A DNA stretch of 41,341 nt from the IMG/VR virus record IMGVR_UViG_2718217863_000002; one strand, given 5' to 3'. The notes under the pieces were generated by a model that ran no database searches, was not told where the DNA came from, and worked only from the letters and a program-made list of their open reading frames with translations. Each line of letters begins with the position of its first letter. Positions within the stretch are counted from its first letter, which is position 1. Origin of the DNA: a virus (Duplodnaviria; Heunggongvirae; Uroviricota; Caudoviricetes). Positions 8,719 to 18,499 of the stretch are shown here, piece by piece. The position numbers were made by a program, and so were the translations under genes.

Positions 8719-11058
8719 CTAGCCCACCAGTTTCTGTAGGGCAGTAAGCCGATCGGTTATCAGTGAGGAAATACGCACAGGCCCCGCGTCCGCATTGAGG
8801 TGGATGCGGGACGGATTTGTATCCCCCTCGGTTAATAAAAAACTAGTGCTATTGAATTTTGTCCAGCCACAGTCAGCGTTAAGGTCTATTAGGGGGAATC
8901 CATATCGCAACGCCACGGCGCGTATGGCCGCTGCATAGTCAGAAACCCGCCCATAGCCATTTGTTTCACCGTCAACCCATGCCGCTGAACGTGGAGAATC
9001 ATAGTCCCCATTGAACGGCGTGGCCCACAGGATAGGTTTTGTTGGGGCCCGCGCCCGCAGTTTCTGAGCGATGATGTTCAGCGCGCCGTAAACGGTTGTA
9101 TTCACTGAGTCGGTGATACTTCCAATCGGAATATTTTGCGCCCAGTCGTTTGTTGCCCACGGACCGCAAATCCACGCCGCCGCCGATGTATCCAGAGCAT
9201 TGATTCGCACATCGTCGCACATGCTGATTTGCGTTGAGGAGCTATCCGGTTTGGCTATTTTCGAACCACCGACCCCGTGATTCAGAAAAGTGCAGCCCAG
9301 TTCTGCCGCGACAAGAGGTTGCCATTTGTTATAAGCAACGTTGCTGTCACCCATCACATCGATGACTTTTCCAGACCACGGACTGACCGTGCTACCACCG
9401 GGAACGACTACATATTTTTTGGCAATAATGGGGACGGCTATACGGGTGGTGATCCCGATTTTGGCGGTGCCGGAAGGAGGTGTTAGCTCGTAATCGGTGT
9501 AGTCCACCGATTCTGTAGTACCGTTCCCTTCGGTGCCGATAACCGTCCCGGCACTGTTCATATACACCGCGAGCGAAACTCCACTGCCGTTAACCCTCGC
9601 TGTGACTTTCCAGCGGTCTCCTGCTGTGTAATTAAAAATTGCACAGTCAAATGCAGCATTTGCCACCACACTGCCATCAGCACGGTTTATATATGCTCCT
9701 GAGGTAATCGTGACGTCGTGTTTAATAAAATCATAAACAAGAGAGTCCTCTATTGTTTGTACCCTGACATCCAGAGAATCGATCGATGCCAGTACTTTGG
9801 CCGTCTCAACGACAGCAAGTTTTTTAACAGCAATTTCCGCAGAATTACGACCCGTTATACCGATCTGTGTTGTCCCGGCAGGAACGTTAAGACGATAATT
9901 AGTATACTGCTGCGGGGTTGCCGTTCCCCGCCCTTCAACACCCAATACCATCCCGGCGCTGTTCATGTACACGGCCAGAGCAGTCGCCGATCCTGTCACA
10001 AGGGCTGTCACCAGCCAGCCATCCCCGTCGGAATGCGGAATGATTGCGCAGTTCAGCGCAGAGTTATCAGTGATGGCCCCTGTAGTTGGGTTGATAAATT
10101 TCCCGACTTGCCAGGCAGCTGCATAAGCATAACCAACAGAGATAGCTCCCTGGAGCGCATCGACGCGTGATGTTAACCCCGAAATACCGGATGATATGAC
10201 GGCTGACAGATAAGTTTTATCCGGCGTGGCGCGAACAAAATCAGGCTGAATAGCCCCCAACGCAGCAGCATAAGCACCGACCTTAAATATCCCTGCCGTA
10301 GTATTTTCAACCCGGATCCTGACGTAGGATGCGCCGGATGGAATGACATCTGTGATAACCGGCGTATTTATACCTGCGGCCAGAGCAAGCTGTGATTTAG
10401 ACGAAATAACAGCGCCAGCGGTGGACATCCAGAAAATATGGAACATAGCACCGGCATCCTGGAACCACGCCAGCACGGAAAAGGTTAACTTATCACCAAC
10501 CCTTACAGGCAGGCGGGCAAGGTCATAATATTTATCTGCAGACCATACGCCGGAATACTGTGCCACTGGAGTCGGTAACGAAATATTGGCATCAGTAGTG
10601 CTGAAGGTGATCACTGCTCCGCGATACCAGTCCCACGCACCGAATTTAGGATCATTTGCTGAATATTCATTCAGAGCATCAAACAGAATGTTCGCCCCGC
10701 GTAGCGAAGAATAAGATGGCATTTTCCGCCCGGTAGGCTGCAGCGTACCGGCGTTATTGATCACTTCTACAGCTAACGCGTTGTCATCCGGGCTACGGTA
10801 ATACGTGGTCGACCCCACCGGAATATTCGCGATATCCGCCTGCGCCGCTGCCAGCGTCTGGTATTGCTTACTGAGCGGGATCAGGTTCTGCCTGACCTCA
10901 TCGTTTTTCGCCATCATCTGGCGCCAGGTATCGAGTGGTTCACCGCCGCGGTCGTCAACCGTTCCGGCCGGACCGTTAACCAGCTCGTCAGCGCGCTTAA
11001 CGTTGTCCATGAATATTTCCGGCGTCGTCGTGCCCAGTGGCGGGTTAAGTTCGGCCAT
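8719..11058 (-). CDS. tail fibre / receptor-binding protein, variant A (in expression position after J)
   Basis: 779 aa; shared N-terminus MAELNPPLGTTTPEIF; C-terminal region with GDSN, GGS and ND motifs suggesting an SGNH-type hydrolase. Confidence 0.75.
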   Translation of the reverse strand: MAELNPPLGTTTPEIFMDNVKRADELVNGPAGTVDDRGGEPLDTWRQMMAKNDEVRQNLIPLSKQYQTLAAAQADIANIPVGSTTYYRSPDDNALAVEVINNAGTLQPTGRKMPSYSSLRGANILFDALNEYSANDPKFGAWDWYRGAVITFSTTDANISLPTPVAQYSGVWSADKYYDLARLPVRVGDKLTFSVLAWFQDAGAMFHIFWMSTAGAVISSKSQLALAAGINTPVITDVIPSGASYVRIRVENTTAGIFKVGAYAAALGAIQPDFVRATPDKTYLSAVISSGISGLTSRVDALQGAISVGYAYAAAWQVGKFINPTTGAITDNSALNCAIIPHSDGDGWLVTALVTGSATALAVYMNSAGMVLGVEGRGTATPQQYTNYRLNVPAGTTQIGITGRNSAEIAVKKLAVVETAKVLASIDSLDVRVQTIEDSLVYDFIKHDVTITSGAYINRADGSVVANAAFDCAIFNYTAGDRWKVTARVNGSGVSLAVYMNSAGTVIGTEGNGTTESVDYTDYELTPPSGTAKIGITTRIAVPIIAKKYVVVPGGSTVSPWSGKVIDVMGDSNVAYNKWQPLVAAELGCTFLNHGVGGSKIAKPDSSSTQISMCDDVRINALDTSAAAWICGPWATNDWAQNIPIGSITDSVNTTVYGALNIIAQKLRARAPTKPILWATPFNGDYDSPRSAAWVDGETNGYGRVSDYAAAIRAVALRYGFPLIDLNADCGWTKFNSTSFLLTEGDTNPSRIHLNADAGPVRISSLITDRLTALQKLVG

Positions 11059-11080
11059 GTTTTTTGCTCCAAAAAGAGGC

Positions 11081-11106
11081 TTCGCCCAAACGAGGGTTTG
11101 AGCGAA
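11081..11106. other. candidate 26-bp invertase crossover site (right), exact inverted copy of 5532-5557
   Basis: TTCGCCCAAACGAGGGTTTGAGCGAA is the exact reverse complement of 5532-5557; lies 22 nt upstream of the fibre A start, about 30 nt after the J stop. Confidence 0.45.
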
Positions 11107-11134
11107 AGAAAAGTTGAAAGGGATTTTTTTGGTA

Positions 11135-14100
11135 TTAAGCAGCGTCGCCGGGGTATGTGGCGTCGTCGTACTGGTAGAACGATTCGAGGTATTCTTTTGC
11201 GGTGACCTGGCAGGTTCCGTCAGACTGCGGGGCGATCTCCTCTACAATGGCGTCGTAGACGTGGCGCGTTGAGCCGCAGAACACCAGGCGGATCGGCTCG
11301 ATGGTTGCCGACGACAGGTCAACCCGCATGGGATCATCAAACTCGCTCAGGTGCGGGACTGACAGCTGAAAATCACCCACCCGGCTCGCCACCATCAGCC
11401 CGGATGCAGAGCCATCCTGATAGCGGATTAGCGCGCGGGGATTTTCGAAAGACCAGTCCAGCGGCTCCGTAACGGTGAACGTTGTCACGCCACCAGCCGT
11501 TGTCATCGCCTCCACCAGACAGGAAATTGTGTTGTTACCCGGAATATCATCCGTGAGCACAATGCGATCGCCCGTGTTGTAGCACAGCGCGTCCAGCTCG
11601 GTAGTGGTCTGGAACGTCACCCGCTGCTGCAGGTATTTCATCAGGCGACGCATGCCGATCTGGTAGGCGTGATCCTGATTCAGTACCCCATCGAGTTTGT
11701 AGTTCTCGATTTTCACCGGCGTGGGATTATCAGGCGTCCGGCATTTAACGGTCTCCTCCGCCCAGGTAGTCCCGTTGATGTATGTCACGTCGACGCCATC
11801 AAAATCATCGTCGGACGGTACGGTAAATCCGCTCTGCAGCTCCTCCACCATCTCATGCGGAGTGATCACGCCAGTCCAGGGCTTAATCCCCTCACGGTTG
11901 ACCGTCGCCAGGCCATCACTCAGCAGAAAACGTGACTTCCCGGCATTGGCTATCTTCTGCAGCATTTCCAGCGCTGAGATACTGTCGCCCGTGGCGAAAT
12001 CAAAATTTTCGCCCCGTGGCGTCCAGTACGCGGATTCCAGCGCGTTGATGGTGTCGACGTCCATCTCCAGCCCCAGCGAGTTCCCGACATGCAGCAGCGC
12101 CCCCGAAATGGTTCTGGCGGTTCCTGAGTCGTAGGCCCGCGTGGCCACAACGTTTACGCGGCGGTCCGACTGCGCCGCCAGCTTCCCACCCGTCTCAACG
12201 GTCACCGCCATCAGCGACACGCCGGGATAGGATGAAGGGCGCGTCAGCAGTCGCCCGCGCAGTGCCTGCCAGTACATCGAATCCCTGGCGTTGTTTGAGC
12301 CCTGCTCATTGCGCCGACGGCAGCGAACCTCTACCAGTCCCGGAGAACTGAGGGTGATCCGCTCAGTGAAACCTAACCCGTTGACGTTTTTCAGCGCATA
12401 CTCGCCCTGGTGACTCACCCACCCCGATCCGGAACCGTAGACGCGATACTGTATCTCCCACTCAACGTGGCGGATCCGTTTTTTGCCCTTACTGTCAAAG
12501 CCGCAAATACCGTTCGGGAAAGAGAAATTCACCTCGAACATATCGACGGTCTCATTTTCAGGGCAAACCAGGAACGGCCCCAGCCAGCTCAGCGTGTCGT
12601 TAAGACCAGTGGCCTCATAGTCGATCATCGTCCGGGCGGTGAATCCCGGCCATGACTCATCAACGGCACCGTTAACCAGGCGCGCCACCGTCGCCGTTGT
12701 GCCGTCGGTCGAGACAATGCGGTACTCATTCCCGCGGTGAGCAAGTGAAAGCCGTTGCACCCCCTCCGGCATGCCGGAAAAGGCCGTTCCCGTGGCGCTG
12801 TTATAGGCAAGCGTCACATTCGCCGTTACCGCCGGGCTGCCGCCGGTTGATGCCGTGCCGGAGGTGTAAACCGGGGCATCACCGAAAACAGCTGCAGGCA
12901 GCGAAGAGGACGTGATCTCCCCACCCGCGAACGGACTGGCCGACTCGGTTATCAGTACGGTGCCGCCGTTGTCCTGCGCAACCAGGCCGGCGCCAGTGAG
13001 TCCCTCGGTGATGGCCGCCAGCAGTCCCGACATCGAGACGTAGTTAGCCACCAGCGACACCGGGTAGGTAACTCCCTGCCAGGTGATCGTGAACGTGCTG
13101 GAGCTGGTCGAAAAATCGTAGGTGGTCGGGGCCGCACTGGCCTGGACTTTTGCCACACTCCCCCCGGTGCCGGGCACTGCAGCCTGACCGGGGGTATATG
13201 ACGCGATAAACAGATCGTAATCGACAGAGTTAAACCCCAGCGTCACCGGCATTCCAACCACCGGCGCGATCTCCGTCAGCAGCGGGCTTGCGATAACGCT
13301 GTATCCGGCCGCCGTGGTGATCTGGTAGTTCGCCTGGGCTTTCAGTTCGACCACGGCGCCAGCGACCCAGCTGGGCGGCAGTGAGTTATCGTTCTCGTCA
13401 TTATCGTCATCATCATCCGTATCCAGCCCGGTAAACGTTACGCTCGAACCGGATACGGTCATGCTGTCTGCGATAATATCGTCGGCATCCGGCGACGTCT
13501 GGGCCATATCCAGCCCGGTACCGGATGATGTCCCTCCGACCTCAGTACTATTGACCCAGTTTTCACTGCGCTCATCGCCGGAAACGTCCGCGCCTGGTGG
13601 AAAATAGGTGATGTTGAAACCCGGCAGCGTTGAAGCTGGCGTACTGCCTACCCTGATATCGCCAGTGGTATAAATCAGTTCACCGACACCGAGACACAGC
13701 AGCATCTGGACGCGCATTTTCGTAGGATCGGCGGCATCGAACCGGGTAACGGGCTGGACCACATAATCCGGGTAGATACGCACCCGGCCAAACACCTCAC
13801 GAATGGCATCACCGAGTTTTGCGGTGTTGGCCCGCGCCGGGTTCAGGTCGAGACTCCGCCCTGTGGATGAGGTATAGCCGCCCGTATCGATGCGGCTCAT
13901 CAAAACAAGCGAATAGGCTGCAGCGGCAACGGAGATACCGACGCCGATCCACGCGATTGTGGCGGCCTCCAGCCCGAAGGGGACCGGATAAAGCCGTACA
14001 TCACTATCAGGGCGGATCACACAGGTAGCCCACTCGCCTGGCGGAATTGACTGACCCTCAACCTCAACGGTCAGCGGTGGGACATCCCGATCGGTATAGT

Positions 14101-14203
14101 TTTCAACATTTTCCACCAGCCAGGTGCGGATACTGGTTACACCATGCTCATGCGTTTCGAGTGGTTCACCGGGAAGCCGGGACGGGTAGAAACGAATGGT
14201 CAT
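11135..14203 (-). CDS. host-specificity / tail-tip protein (J-like)
   Basis: 1022 aa, directly after distal tail genes and before the fibre; size and position typical of a central tail fibre protein. Confidence 0.7.
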   Translation of the reverse strand: MTIRFYPSRLPGEPLETHEHGVTSIRTWLVENVENYTDRDVPPLTVEVEGQSIPPGEWATCVIRPDSDVRLYPVPFGLEAATIAWIGVGISVAAAAYSLVLMSRIDTGGYTSSTGRSLDLNPARANTAKLGDAIREVFGRVRIYPDYVVQPVTRFDAADPTKMRVQMLLCLGVGELIYTTGDIRVGSTPASTLPGFNITYFPPGADVSGDERSENWVNSTEVGGTSSGTGLDMAQTSPDADDIIADSMTVSGSSVTFTGLDTDDDDDNDENDNSLPPSWVAGAVVELKAQANYQITTAAGYSVIASPLLTEIAPVVGMPVTLGFNSVDYDLFIASYTPGQAAVPGTGGSVAKVQASAAPTTYDFSTSSSTFTITWQGVTYPVSLVANYVSMSGLLAAITEGLTGAGLVAQDNGGTVLITESASPFAGGEITSSSLPAAVFGDAPVYTSGTASTGGSPAVTANVTLAYNSATGTAFSGMPEGVQRLSLAHRGNEYRIVSTDGTTATVARLVNGAVDESWPGFTARTMIDYEATGLNDTLSWLGPFLVCPENETVDMFEVNFSFPNGICGFDSKGKKRIRHVEWEIQYRVYGSGSGWVSHQGEYALKNVNGLGFTERITLSSPGLVEVRCRRRNEQGSNNARDSMYWQALRGRLLTRPSSYPGVSLMAVTVETGGKLAAQSDRRVNVVATRAYDSGTARTISGALLHVGNSLGLEMDVDTINALESAYWTPRGENFDFATGDSISALEMLQKIANAGKSRFLLSDGLATVNREGIKPWTGVITPHEMVEELQSGFTVPSDDDFDGVDVTYINGTTWAEETVKCRTPDNPTPVKIENYKLDGVLNQDHAYQIGMRRLMKYLQQRVTFQTTTELDALCYNTGDRIVLTDDIPGNNTISCLVEAMTTAGGVTTFTVTEPLDWSFENPRALIRYQDGSASGLMVASRVGDFQLSVPHLSEFDDPMRVDLSSATIEPIRLVFCGSTRHVYDAIVEEIAPQSDGTCQVTAKEYLESFYQYDDATYPGDAA

Positions 14204-14580
14204 CGCCAGAACTCCACTTTGACAAATCGCCGCTTAAACCGCGGCAACGGCAGAAAGGTGACGTTCGTTCCCGGGTTGCATTCCGCCACATGCAGCAGGC
14301 CACCGATACTGACGACAATCCCCACATGGGTGACGGTCGACCCGGAATAACAGGCCACCCCGGCCCCTTCGCAGGGTTCGCAGCGCTCAAGGGTAAGCAT
14401 CATCCGGCGCGCTTCCCGGTCGAGTCCGCCGTCGTCTTTGGTGACCCCGGCAAAATCAGGCCAGAGAGGCATGCACAAATCGCGGCGTATCTCGTTCACA
14501 ATGCCGAAGCAGTCGAGCTGCGGATATACGCGCCCGCCCTTCAGCCAGGTGACTGAACGGTATTTATCAGGAATAAACAT
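14200..14580 (-). CDS. tail-associated NlpC/P60-like peptidase
   Basis: 126 aa with Cys and His candidates (CYSGSTVTHVG, HVAEC); start overlaps upstream gene; position equals lambda K. Confidence 0.5.
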   Translation of the reverse strand: MFIPDKYRSVTWLKGGRVYPQLDCFGIVNEIRRDLCMPLWPDFAGVTKDDGGLDREARRMMLTLERCEPCEGAGVACYSGSTVTHVGIVVSIGGLLHVAECNPGTNVTFLPLPRFKRRFVKVEFWR

Positions 14581-14590
14581 GATGGATTCC

Positions 14591-15073
14591 TTAGCTGATA
14601 TAACGCAGTCCGGGGAAGACAGGGAGCGTGTAGCGGTAACGTGGCCAGGCGGTATCGAGGATATTCATGTAGCCCGCAGTGATCTGCACCTCTGTCGCCG
14701 TCCAGTAACCAGACTTGATTTTCAGCGTATAAGGCACTGCCGCAGGCACTGCTAAATCCGTGGAGATATAGCTCCGGTATGTCAGCGATGCAGGCAATCT
14801 GTTAGCCAGGGCATTGCGGATCGCCGTTGACACAACACCATCGATATTGCACAGGGCAAATTTCAAATCTTGCGTGCCGTCCGCATTACGCGCCGGCAGC
14901 GCAATGTCTATCGCACAGGCGGTAAACGTTACGGTATCGCCGTTCTCCGTCGTTGCCGTAATATCCTCGTAGCCCTGACACAGGTAGTGAATATCTGAGC
15001 CAACGGTGATCTGCAGCGTTTCAATGATCACCTCCGGGCCGCTGCTGGCGTAGAGGCGTTTAATCTGCGTCAT
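14591..15073 (-). CDS. minor/distal tail protein
   Basis: 160 aa, translationally coupled within the tail operon. Confidence 0.5.
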   Translation of the reverse strand: MTQIKRLYASSGPEVIIETLQITVGSDIHYLCQGYEDITATTENGDTVTFTACAIDIALPARNADGTQDLKFALCNIDGVVSTAIRNALANRLPASLTYRSYISTDLAVPAAVPYTLKIKSGYWTATEVQITAGYMNILDTAWPRYRYTLPVFPGLRYIS

Positions 15074-15539
15074 GATTCGGCCACTCCTTATTCAGGGCGA
15101 TATCAAGCAACGAACTTCCGACTATCCATTCCGGGTAATGCCCCCATCCAGACGGCGGCAATGGGCGCTCCCAGAGTTCTACTGGCGCGGTATATCTCCA
15201 GTAAAGTCCGCCTTCTGGCGTGGGGCCTTTATAAATATCCGTGAAACGACACACGTAATTTTTCAGCCCTACAGGCGTTAATAACGGTATGTTGAACCAC
15301 GCCGCCCCATCTGATAACTCATCCCGAAACCACGCCTCAAAAGCCTGCGCCTGGGCATCAGAAAAAATCCAGGCCAGATCTGTTTGGGTTGGTGTCGAGG
15401 TGTAGGCACGCCGCTGCCGTGCCCGGCCAGTTACCATCTGAGTCCGTTTCAGAGGAGATACAGGAGTTAAACCAAAACTCTCTTTAAGCGGACCAGGCAG
15501 GTAAGCGGAGGGGTAATAAAGCGTTGTGGTGATAGCCAT
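15060..15539 (-). CDS. minor/distal tail protein
   Basis: 159 aa, immediately downstream of the tape measure gene. Confidence 0.5.
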   Translation of the reverse strand: MAITTTLYYPSAYLPGPLKESFGLTPVSPLKRTQMVTGRARQRRAYTSTPTQTDLAWIFSDAQAQAFEAWFRDELSDGAAWFNIPLLTPVGLKNYVCRFTDIYKGPTPEGGLYWRYTAPVELWERPLPPSGWGHYPEWIVGSSLLDIALNKEWPNHDAD

Positions 15540-17974
15540 CAGCTAATTTTCCTCCCCGAGGTAGTTTTCCCCATCAAGGCCTTATGCAAATCACCCTGAC
15601 CGCTTGCGACTGAATTAACCGCCTTCCGGTATCCCCTTTCTGCCCCCTCATCTGCAGCTTTACGGACCAGCGCCAACGTTGCATCGGAAGGGTTACCATT
15701 GATGGGGATATTGATTGTGGGCGAATAAATCGCGCCGCCACCTGTTGACTGGTTTGCAACTCGATCCAGAGTGGCATCCAGTTTTGCGCTGGTTTTAGCT
15801 GTCGTAACGCGCTCACCTTTCTGCAGGAGCCAGGTTCCTGTTTCGGGCACAGAGTCGATACCGTCGTGAGCCTGTCCATGAAGCGCCGATCCGATAGCAG
15901 TCATGAACACGCCAGCAGCAGCTGCCGCAGCTATTGCTTGGGTTGACGCCACCACGGGACCTACATAGGGAACACCAATCCAGGCAGTGAAGGCACTCAA
16001 CGCTGCCATTGCTACCTGAGCAGCCGCATATTGCAGTAATGCAGCCCCAACAGATTGAATGAATGTCGCCGCAAAGTCCTGAGCGTTTAATTTACCGGTT
16101 TCCGCCCAGTTAATTACCATATCAGTTAAACTACTAAACGTTTGTGTACCTACTTGCTGCATATTTGCATATAGGTTTGAATATGCAGCAGCTTGATCTG
16201 ATATTCCAGAAACGAAACCTGCGACACCATCGTTTTGTAACTCTTCTAACTTCTTATAGTGTTCCTCTTGAATTCTTAGCCTTTCATTCAGCGAGTTTTG
16301 AAGCGCTTCTTTCTTTTTATCGTATAGACTTTTTTCAATATCTCCAGACTGAAATTGATTTAAAAGCTCTTCCTGTCGAGAAGCAAAATCTTGCTGAATA
16401 TCATTATTATCCTGCATGCGTGAACGTTCACGACTACCAGAATAACGGCCAACTATTTGGTTTTCAAACCCTTGGCGGACTAATTTATTCTGTCTTTCGA
16501 GATCTGAAACATATTCAGCTACTTTCGCATTTTCCTGATTAAGCCGTAACTCTTCCTTCTTGGAATCAAGGATTTTAGCCGCAGTTCGAAGTTGTTCCTT
16601 CTGCCCTTCAGATAATTTTTTCAGGTTTCCGCTGGTTATATCAAAATTAATCTTCTCCAGCTCGGTTACTTCTGCAGTTTTTTTACCGGTTGTTTCAATG
16701 AGGGCGGCCTGCTTCTGTAAATCAAGAAGCCTACTTTTGAAAGCGTTGTCAGTCGGATTGCTTTTTGGTTTTATTTTGGGCTGATTCTGGTTAGACTCCC
16801 CTTTTCCCAACGAAAAATCATTATCCTTAGCCGTATCAATGCCAAGATCAGAAAGAAGAGATGTGAGTCCTTTCGCTCCTCTATCTACCTGCTCCGGGGT
16901 CATTCTTGACTTTATCGCGCGAAGAAATTGAAGACGTTTAGTTAAAAAGTCTAATTCGTCTTTTTGTTCCTTACTTTGATTCCCTCGTTTATTAAGGAAT
17001 TCAATGCGCTGTGAAATATCACTTTCATCAGCAGCATTATAATTACCTGATACAGCACCTATACGAGAGCGGGTATAAGTAGCAATGGCCCCCAAGCCAC
17101 CAGCAATACGCCCCACAACCCCGGCAAGGCTTATGGCTTCACCAACCAAGTCTGATAGCCCCTGAAGAACAGCAGGATCGGTGAAGACGTCACGAATGTC
17201 ATCAAGCCCATCCTGCAATGGCGTAAGGTCAACCTTAGCCAGCCCCGAAGCCATTTCCATTTTAAGACCGCGGGCGCTAGTCTCTATATCCTGAAAGAAC
17301 TGATTAACCTTAACAAGGTTATCAATATCTTCTTGCGGTGGTGCGACACCAAAATCTTTTGATAGCTGGATAAACTGTTTCAGCTTCTCGTTGTTGTTGT
17401 CGAACAACGGCAGCATTTTTGACAGGTCATTACCCAGACTTTCGAGAATATTAGTTTTCCCGGCCTGAGTGGGTATTTTCTGTAATGCTTCACTGATTGC
17501 CATCAGCTGCTTATCTGGGGATTGCTGAGCCAGCTTCTGAGCTGAAAGCCCCAAAGTATCCAGCGCCTGAGCAGCCTCACCTGATTTATTCAGGACCGCA
17601 TCGCCGACCTTATCATTAATGTCTTTGAAAATATCGGCTATGTTGTCACCGGTTAAACCGGCTTGTTCAGCAGCATATTGCCAGGATAACAAATCCTGGG
17701 TGGACATTTTAAGAGATTTTGCCCAGCGATCAACTTCTGTAACCTGCTGTGCAGTATTTTTAACAATGGCTAGCCCAGCAGCGCCAATACCAACAGCTGC
17801 GGTAGCCGCTGCAGCCCCCACAGCAATGATTGAAGAACTTACCTCTTTAGCGTCTTTTTTTACCTGGTCGCGCCACTTCTGAGAAGATCTTTCGGCTTTA
17901 TCCATGCCCTGAACAAATCCACCTACTTTAGCGATCAGGTCGATTGTTAACGTACCGAGGGACTTGCCAGACAT
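15539..17974 (-). CDS. tail tape measure protein
   Basis: 811 aa; Ala/Gly-rich hydrophobic N-terminal segment, long coiled-coil-like middle, C-terminal hydrophobic block. Confidence 0.85.
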   Translation of the reverse strand: MSGKSLGTLTIDLIAKVGGFVQGMDKAERSSQKWRDQVKKDAKEVSSSIIAVGAAAATAAVGIGAAGLAIVKNTAQQVTEVDRWAKSLKMSTQDLLSWQYAAEQAGLTGDNIADIFKDINDKVGDAVLNKSGEAAQALDTLGLSAQKLAQQSPDKQLMAISEALQKIPTQAGKTNILESLGNDLSKMLPLFDNNNEKLKQFIQLSKDFGVAPPQEDIDNLVKVNQFFQDIETSARGLKMEMASGLAKVDLTPLQDGLDDIRDVFTDPAVLQGLSDLVGEAISLAGVVGRIAGGLGAIATYTRSRIGAVSGNYNAADESDISQRIEFLNKRGNQSKEQKDELDFLTKRLQFLRAIKSRMTPEQVDRGAKGLTSLLSDLGIDTAKDNDFSLGKGESNQNQPKIKPKSNPTDNAFKSRLLDLQKQAALIETTGKKTAEVTELEKINFDITSGNLKKLSEGQKEQLRTAAKILDSKKEELRLNQENAKVAEYVSDLERQNKLVRQGFENQIVGRYSGSRERSRMQDNNDIQQDFASRQEELLNQFQSGDIEKSLYDKKKEALQNSLNERLRIQEEHYKKLEELQNDGVAGFVSGISDQAAAYSNLYANMQQVGTQTFSSLTDMVINWAETGKLNAQDFAATFIQSVGAALLQYAAAQVAMAALSAFTAWIGVPYVGPVVASTQAIAAAAAAGVFMTAIGSALHGQAHDGIDSVPETGTWLLQKGERVTTAKTSAKLDATLDRVANQSTGGGAIYSPTINIPINGNPSDATLALVRKAADEGAERGYRKAVNSVASGQGDLHKALMGKTTSGRKIS

Positions 17975-17992
17975 TTAATTTCTCCAGGCAAC

Positions 17993-18020
17993 AAAAAAAC
18001 CCCGCCGAAGCGAGGTTTTG
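17993..18020 (-). terminator. rho-independent terminator after the lipoprotein gene
   Basis: ACCCCGC-cgaa-GCGAGGT hairpin with T-run on the minus strand, between the lipoprotein stop and the tape measure start. Confidence 0.45.
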
Positions 18021-18043
18021 GTTTGTTTATATATTGGTTAAAA

Positions 18044-18436
18044 TTATTTAACTTTTCCCGTATAGCCCGCATTCACCTGAGCATCAGCGGAGTCTATTTT
18101 CCCATGGGAGTAAAAAATAGTATGTGCTTCAGCACCTGTATATCCACCATAGGAGTTTTTAGCATTAATGGTTATCGGAATAAGCCATCCATATCGCATA
18201 GCCCCACCTGATTCAGCTAAAATGCCATCCTTAAACCATGCTTTCTCTGGTGTACCAAAAGTATAATGAGCAGAATATGGGTCTTTTAACATCCTTCCCC
18301 ACCAATCCTTTATCTGCTGCTGATAGTTATCCGGTAACACCCCATAATCAGCCGAGTGCAACTGAACTTGGCTAGGTGGATTTGCGGCGCACGCAGTTAA
18401 CAATAATGCAAATAACATAATCGCTATTTTCTTCAT
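18044..18436 (-). CDS. lipoprotein (insert between tail chaperone and tape measure genes)
   Basis: Signal peptide MKKIAIMLFALLLTAC with lipobox LLTAC; 130 aa; lower GC than neighbours; own terminator. Confidence 0.6.
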   Translation of the reverse strand: MKKIAIMLFALLLTACAANPPSQVQLHSADYGVLPDNYQQQIKDWWGRMLKDPYSAHYTFGTPEKAWFKDGILAESGGAMRYGWLIPITINAKNSYGGYTGAEAHTIFYSHGKIDSADAQVNAGYTGKVK

Positions 18437-18499
18437 ATCCCTATCCCATTGGTTATTGTTGTACTGATGATATTGATACCTACAGCGATTTAAAAGTTA

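Noticed and set aside
9718-10170. 150-aa plus-strand ORF
   Set aside because: Antisense to fibre A; Cys/Arg-rich and no RBS context.
5532-11106. Reading the two fibre genes as a simple tandem duplication or assembly artefact
   Set aside because: The copies are inverted, diverged to a mosaic outside a perfectly identical ~67-bp block, and flanked by exact inverted 26-bp sites next to an invertase; that pattern indicates a biological switch rather than a mis-assembly.
16144-16784. Plus-strand ORFs of 132 and 74 aa
   Set aside because: Antisense to the tape measure gene, within its AT-rich coiled-coil region.
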